From the IMG/VR virus record IMGVR_UViG_3300012313_000001: a stretch of DNA of 64,000 nt. One strand, 5' to 3'. Under the pieces are notes generated by a model that did not search any database, was not told the DNA's origin, and was given only the letters and a program-made list of their open reading frames with translations. The stretch comes from a virus. Below are positions 61,511 through 64,000 of the stretch, one piece after another. The position numbers and the translations under genes are program-made. Position 1 is the stretch's first letter, and each line of letters opens with the position of its first letter.

Positions 61511-61554
61511 GCAATAGTCCCTGATGAAAATAATTATTCATCAGGGACTATTGC
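61511..61554. terminator. Hairpin between convergent genes
   Basis: 18-bp perfect inverted repeat GCAATAGTCCCTGATGAA. Confidence 0.8.
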
Positions 61555-61620
61555 TATGGGAGGAGGATGATCACGGGACAATCACAAATGAGTTTTCTTG
61601 AAACCTACGACCAATCAGGC

Positions 61621-62379
61621 TTATAGAAACTCAGGATTGATATCAGAGAAATTTTCATTTAACCAAAAGTCAAAATATTTGATCTGAGTATTCCTTATAG
61701 CCCCCGCATCCCACAGCACATTCGTGACTTCCGGTAAGCGTGACAGATCTGCAGGCCATGCTGCCACAGGATAGACCCTCAAAGATGTACCCATGAACAG
61801 AACAACGCTCTTCTTATGGCTATTCTGATCAAAATGCTTCTTGACCTTCTTATAGGCGTCAGAGACCTCACCGAAGAGAACTGCAGTAGGATTAAGAATG
61901 CTATTATCAATAGGACAGCGATAATTGACTACACCGTTCTCATCAATGAACTCATCTGTTGAATAATAATGCCTTCTAGCAAAGCACTCTGCACCCTTTG
62001 TGTTACCATGCAATTCTACTACATGAGAAGACCCTGCCGCTTGGTGTAAGCCATCAACGTTCTGCGTGAAGATGTTGACATTGACTCCCTGCTTCTCCAA
62101 CCAGACAAGATAATCATGCCCCTTAGTATGCCTTGCCTTACGGAAGGCATCATTCAGGAAGATATCCTTATAGATGTTCCAGAATTCACTAGGATTCTTC
62201 TTAAGGAAGCCAATACTTGTCGCCGTGCTTCTGGGAACATCATAAGGCCATGACTTATCCAGTTGGACATAATCAGGAATACCAGCCTTCGTACTGAGAC
62301 CAGCACCACTGATCACCGAAAGTTCTCCCGATTCTAAAATAGTCTTCGTTAACTTATCAATAGTTGTTCTTATTCTCAT
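61621..62379 (-). CDS. Sir2-family NAD-dependent deacylase
   Basis: GAGLS..GIPD, TQNVDGLH, ELHG, GTSLRVYP. Confidence 0.93.
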   Translation of the reverse strand: MRIRTTIDKLTKTILESGELSVISGAGLSTKAGIPDYVQLDKSWPYDVPRSTATSIGFLKKNPSEFWNIYKDIFLNDAFRKARHTKGHDYLVWLEKQGVNVNIFTQNVDGLHQAAGSSHVVELHGNTKGAECFARRHYYSTDEFIDENGVVNYRCPIDNSILNPTAVLFGEVSDAYKKVKKHFDQNSHKKSVVLFMGTSLRVYPVAAWPADLSRLPEVTNVLWDAGAIRNTQIKYFDFWLNENFSDINPEFL

Positions 62380-63193
62380 GTGTACTCTGATTTCCCATTT
62401 CGATCTCTGCTAATACTTCATCAAACCTTTCCATGTCTATACTATCTTGAATCATGGATATGTCAACATATTCTTCAGAGTTCAAAATCTCCCATGCTAT
62501 TCTCTTAGAATCTGTATCACAATCACTTTTTTGAATCTCCACCTCATTATTGTTCTTCAAGAAGAACATTGTTGTGAATTCATCAAAAAATTCTGCACCC
62601 TTATCGTATGCTAAACGGAACATGCGAGCATCGTGTTCTGTGAATACATAGTCTTTTCTGATACCTTTGACCAGCATAAGAGGATGTTTTTTCCTGTCAT
62701 TATAGTTCATTAATTCCCTGCACCCCCACAGAGAACTAAAAATCACACCAGCCAACAATACAGGAAATAGTTGTAGGAACCTAACTACATCTATGATACC
62801 GTCCTCAAGGAAAGCGATAGGAATACCCACCGTGAAAACAAAGAAAAAGAAAACTAATGCTTCAGACTTTATCTTTAAATCGTTGACGTATATATCATTT
62901 CCAAGTGCGAGAAGATTGCCTATCTTACTCCTCCATTGAGACTCAAAAGCAGACTGAGCATCATCATGTTCATTGACTGCTATGATGACATCATAAGTGT
63001 CCTTTGTTTTCAATGCATTATGGTCAACACTGTGAACCTCAGATATCTTTTTCAAACAATCATCGAGCATTACATCAGCGTCGATTTTATAGTATACGTC
63101 TAAATGAGCAGAGGCAAGCCTTTTCATTTCTGATTTCTTTGCATCATCCACGATAGTGAAAGAAGACCTCATCATTTGGCTGATGTCATCCAT
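62357..63193 (-). CDS. Membrane protein
   Basis: Two central TM segments. Confidence 0.7.
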   Translation of the reverse strand: MDDISQMMRSSFTIVDDAKKSEMKRLASAHLDVYYKIDADVMLDDCLKKISEVHSVDHNALKTKDTYDVIIAVNEHDDAQSAFESQWRSKIGNLLALGNDIYVNDLKIKSEALVFFFFVFTVGIPIAFLEDGIIDVVRFLQLFPVLLAGVIFSSLWGCRELMNYNDRKKHPLMLVKGIRKDYVFTEHDARMFRLAYDKGAEFFDEFTTMFFLKNNNEVEIQKSDCDTDSKRIAWEILNSEEYVDISMIQDSIDMERFDEVLAEIEMGNQSTHENKNNY

Positions 63194-63336
63194 GTCGTCC
63201 TACTTCCTTCATTGACCAATCCTTATAATCATAATAGCAAATATTCAAGGACAGCATGCTGGACGATTCTCATCTTGCGTTCTGAAAATCGCTGTGCTAC
63301 TTATATTGCTATCAAACGAAAACTGAAGGGAACACT

Positions 63337-63606
63337 ATGATCACCATCATCATCAACATCATTGGAATCGTGTTCGGATTGATTGGATGTGCTGTATCCT
63401 TGCGATCCCTGATTGTCCTCAACAATAAGTACGAGGAGATGAAGATTCAGTTCGCAGATCTGTATGCTAGGCGAACTGACCTTAAAGAAAGTATGATTGC
63501 TGATCAGGAAAAGACACAAAGGAATTTCATTATCCTATTAGTACTTGGCCTTATTTGTACAGCATTCAACACTTTTCTATTGCTGGGCAATCTCAACGTG
63601 CTGTGA
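63337..63606 (+). CDS. Small two-TM protein
   Basis: AAGGGA RBS, TM-coil-TM layout. Confidence 0.65.
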   Translation: MITIIINIIGIVFGLIGCAVSLRSLIVLNNKYEEMKIQFADLYARRTDLKESMIADQEKTQRNFIILLVLGLICTAFNTFLLLGNLNVL

Positions 63607-63648
63607 GAAACGCAGAAAAGGAAATTATCCCATGTAATCAGACATGAG

Positions 63649-63679
63649 AAGAGGGAGGGCTATCGTAGCCCTCCCTCTT
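63649..63679. terminator. Hairpin between convergent genes
   Basis: AAGAGGGAGGGCTA/TAGCCCTCCCTCTT. Confidence 0.8.
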
Positions 63680-63708
63680 TGTTTTCAAGATCTCTCTAGT
63701 TCGTGGTC

Positions 63709-64000
63709 TCAATCATCTTTATCAACACCTAGAACACTCTTGATCTTGTCACCAAGACCAATCTTTCCGTCATCATTGTAGTCAATGTTTCCGTCTTTGT
63801 CTCTGACTACACCATTGTCATCAATGTACTCTTCCTTAATATGATGAGAATAATCATCTTGGATCACAGTGTCTCTACGATCATCTCTGAATTCATCATC
63901 TTCTTCCCTGGCATTATCGTTGAAGGGATCAATTGTGACATTGGTTCTATCATCTTCTGTGACAACATTGCCATCCGCGTCATATACTGACGATCTTCCA
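63709..64000 (-). CDS. C-terminal part of an Asp-rich protein (runs off the window)
   Basis: Open frame from the window end reading ..DYNDDGKIGLGDKIKSVLGVDKDD*. Confidence 0.6.
   Translation of the reverse strand, partial: GRSSVYDADGNVVTEDDRTNVTIDPFNDNAREEDDEFRDDRRDTVIQDDYSHHIKEEYIDDNGVVRDKDGNIDYNDDGKIGLGDKIKSVLGVDKDD

Noticed and set aside
5470..63519. Long antisense ORFs (e.g. 5470, 7552, 10131, 11384, 47740, 60764)
   Set aside because: Shadows of better-supported genes on the opposite strand

Overview
This looks like a segment of a large (jumbo-type) phage or phage-like replicon, probably from an actinobacterial host. That call is inferred from the TTGACA-N17/18-TAGRRT promoters, the AGGAG/GAAAGG ribosome-binding sites and a DUF4190-like gene; no virion genes lie in this window. 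Layout: (1) An HNH nuclease. (2) A minus-strand array of 18 tRNAs plus 2 atypical/degenerate tRNA-like genes at 1.0-7.2 kb; its spacers repeatedly fold as structured RNAs and it is interrupted by a Hef-like homing endonuclease. (3) Small minus-strand genes with their own promoters, including three tandem ArdA-like DNA mimics, overlaid by a strand-polarised GGGACGCTCC/GGGACACA motif. (4) A non-coding repeat block at 20.1-21.5 kb with seven helically phased iteron-like repeats at a sharp skew switch (candidate origin). (5) Membrane and coiled-coil paralogs, a zincin/LPD1-like protein, a degenerate ImmA/IrrE protein and a SAM methyltransferase. (6) A low-GC adenine methylase plus putative REase cassette. 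(7) Two IS607-family elements (TnpA+TnpB). (8) A nucleotidyltransferase-like gene followed by six tandem paralogs. (9) Three tandem ~600-aa ADP-ribosyltransferases sharing an identical N-terminal leader, with a fourth leader copy cut by IS607, and a nearby sirtuin. All calls come from reading motifs by eye; no searches were run.
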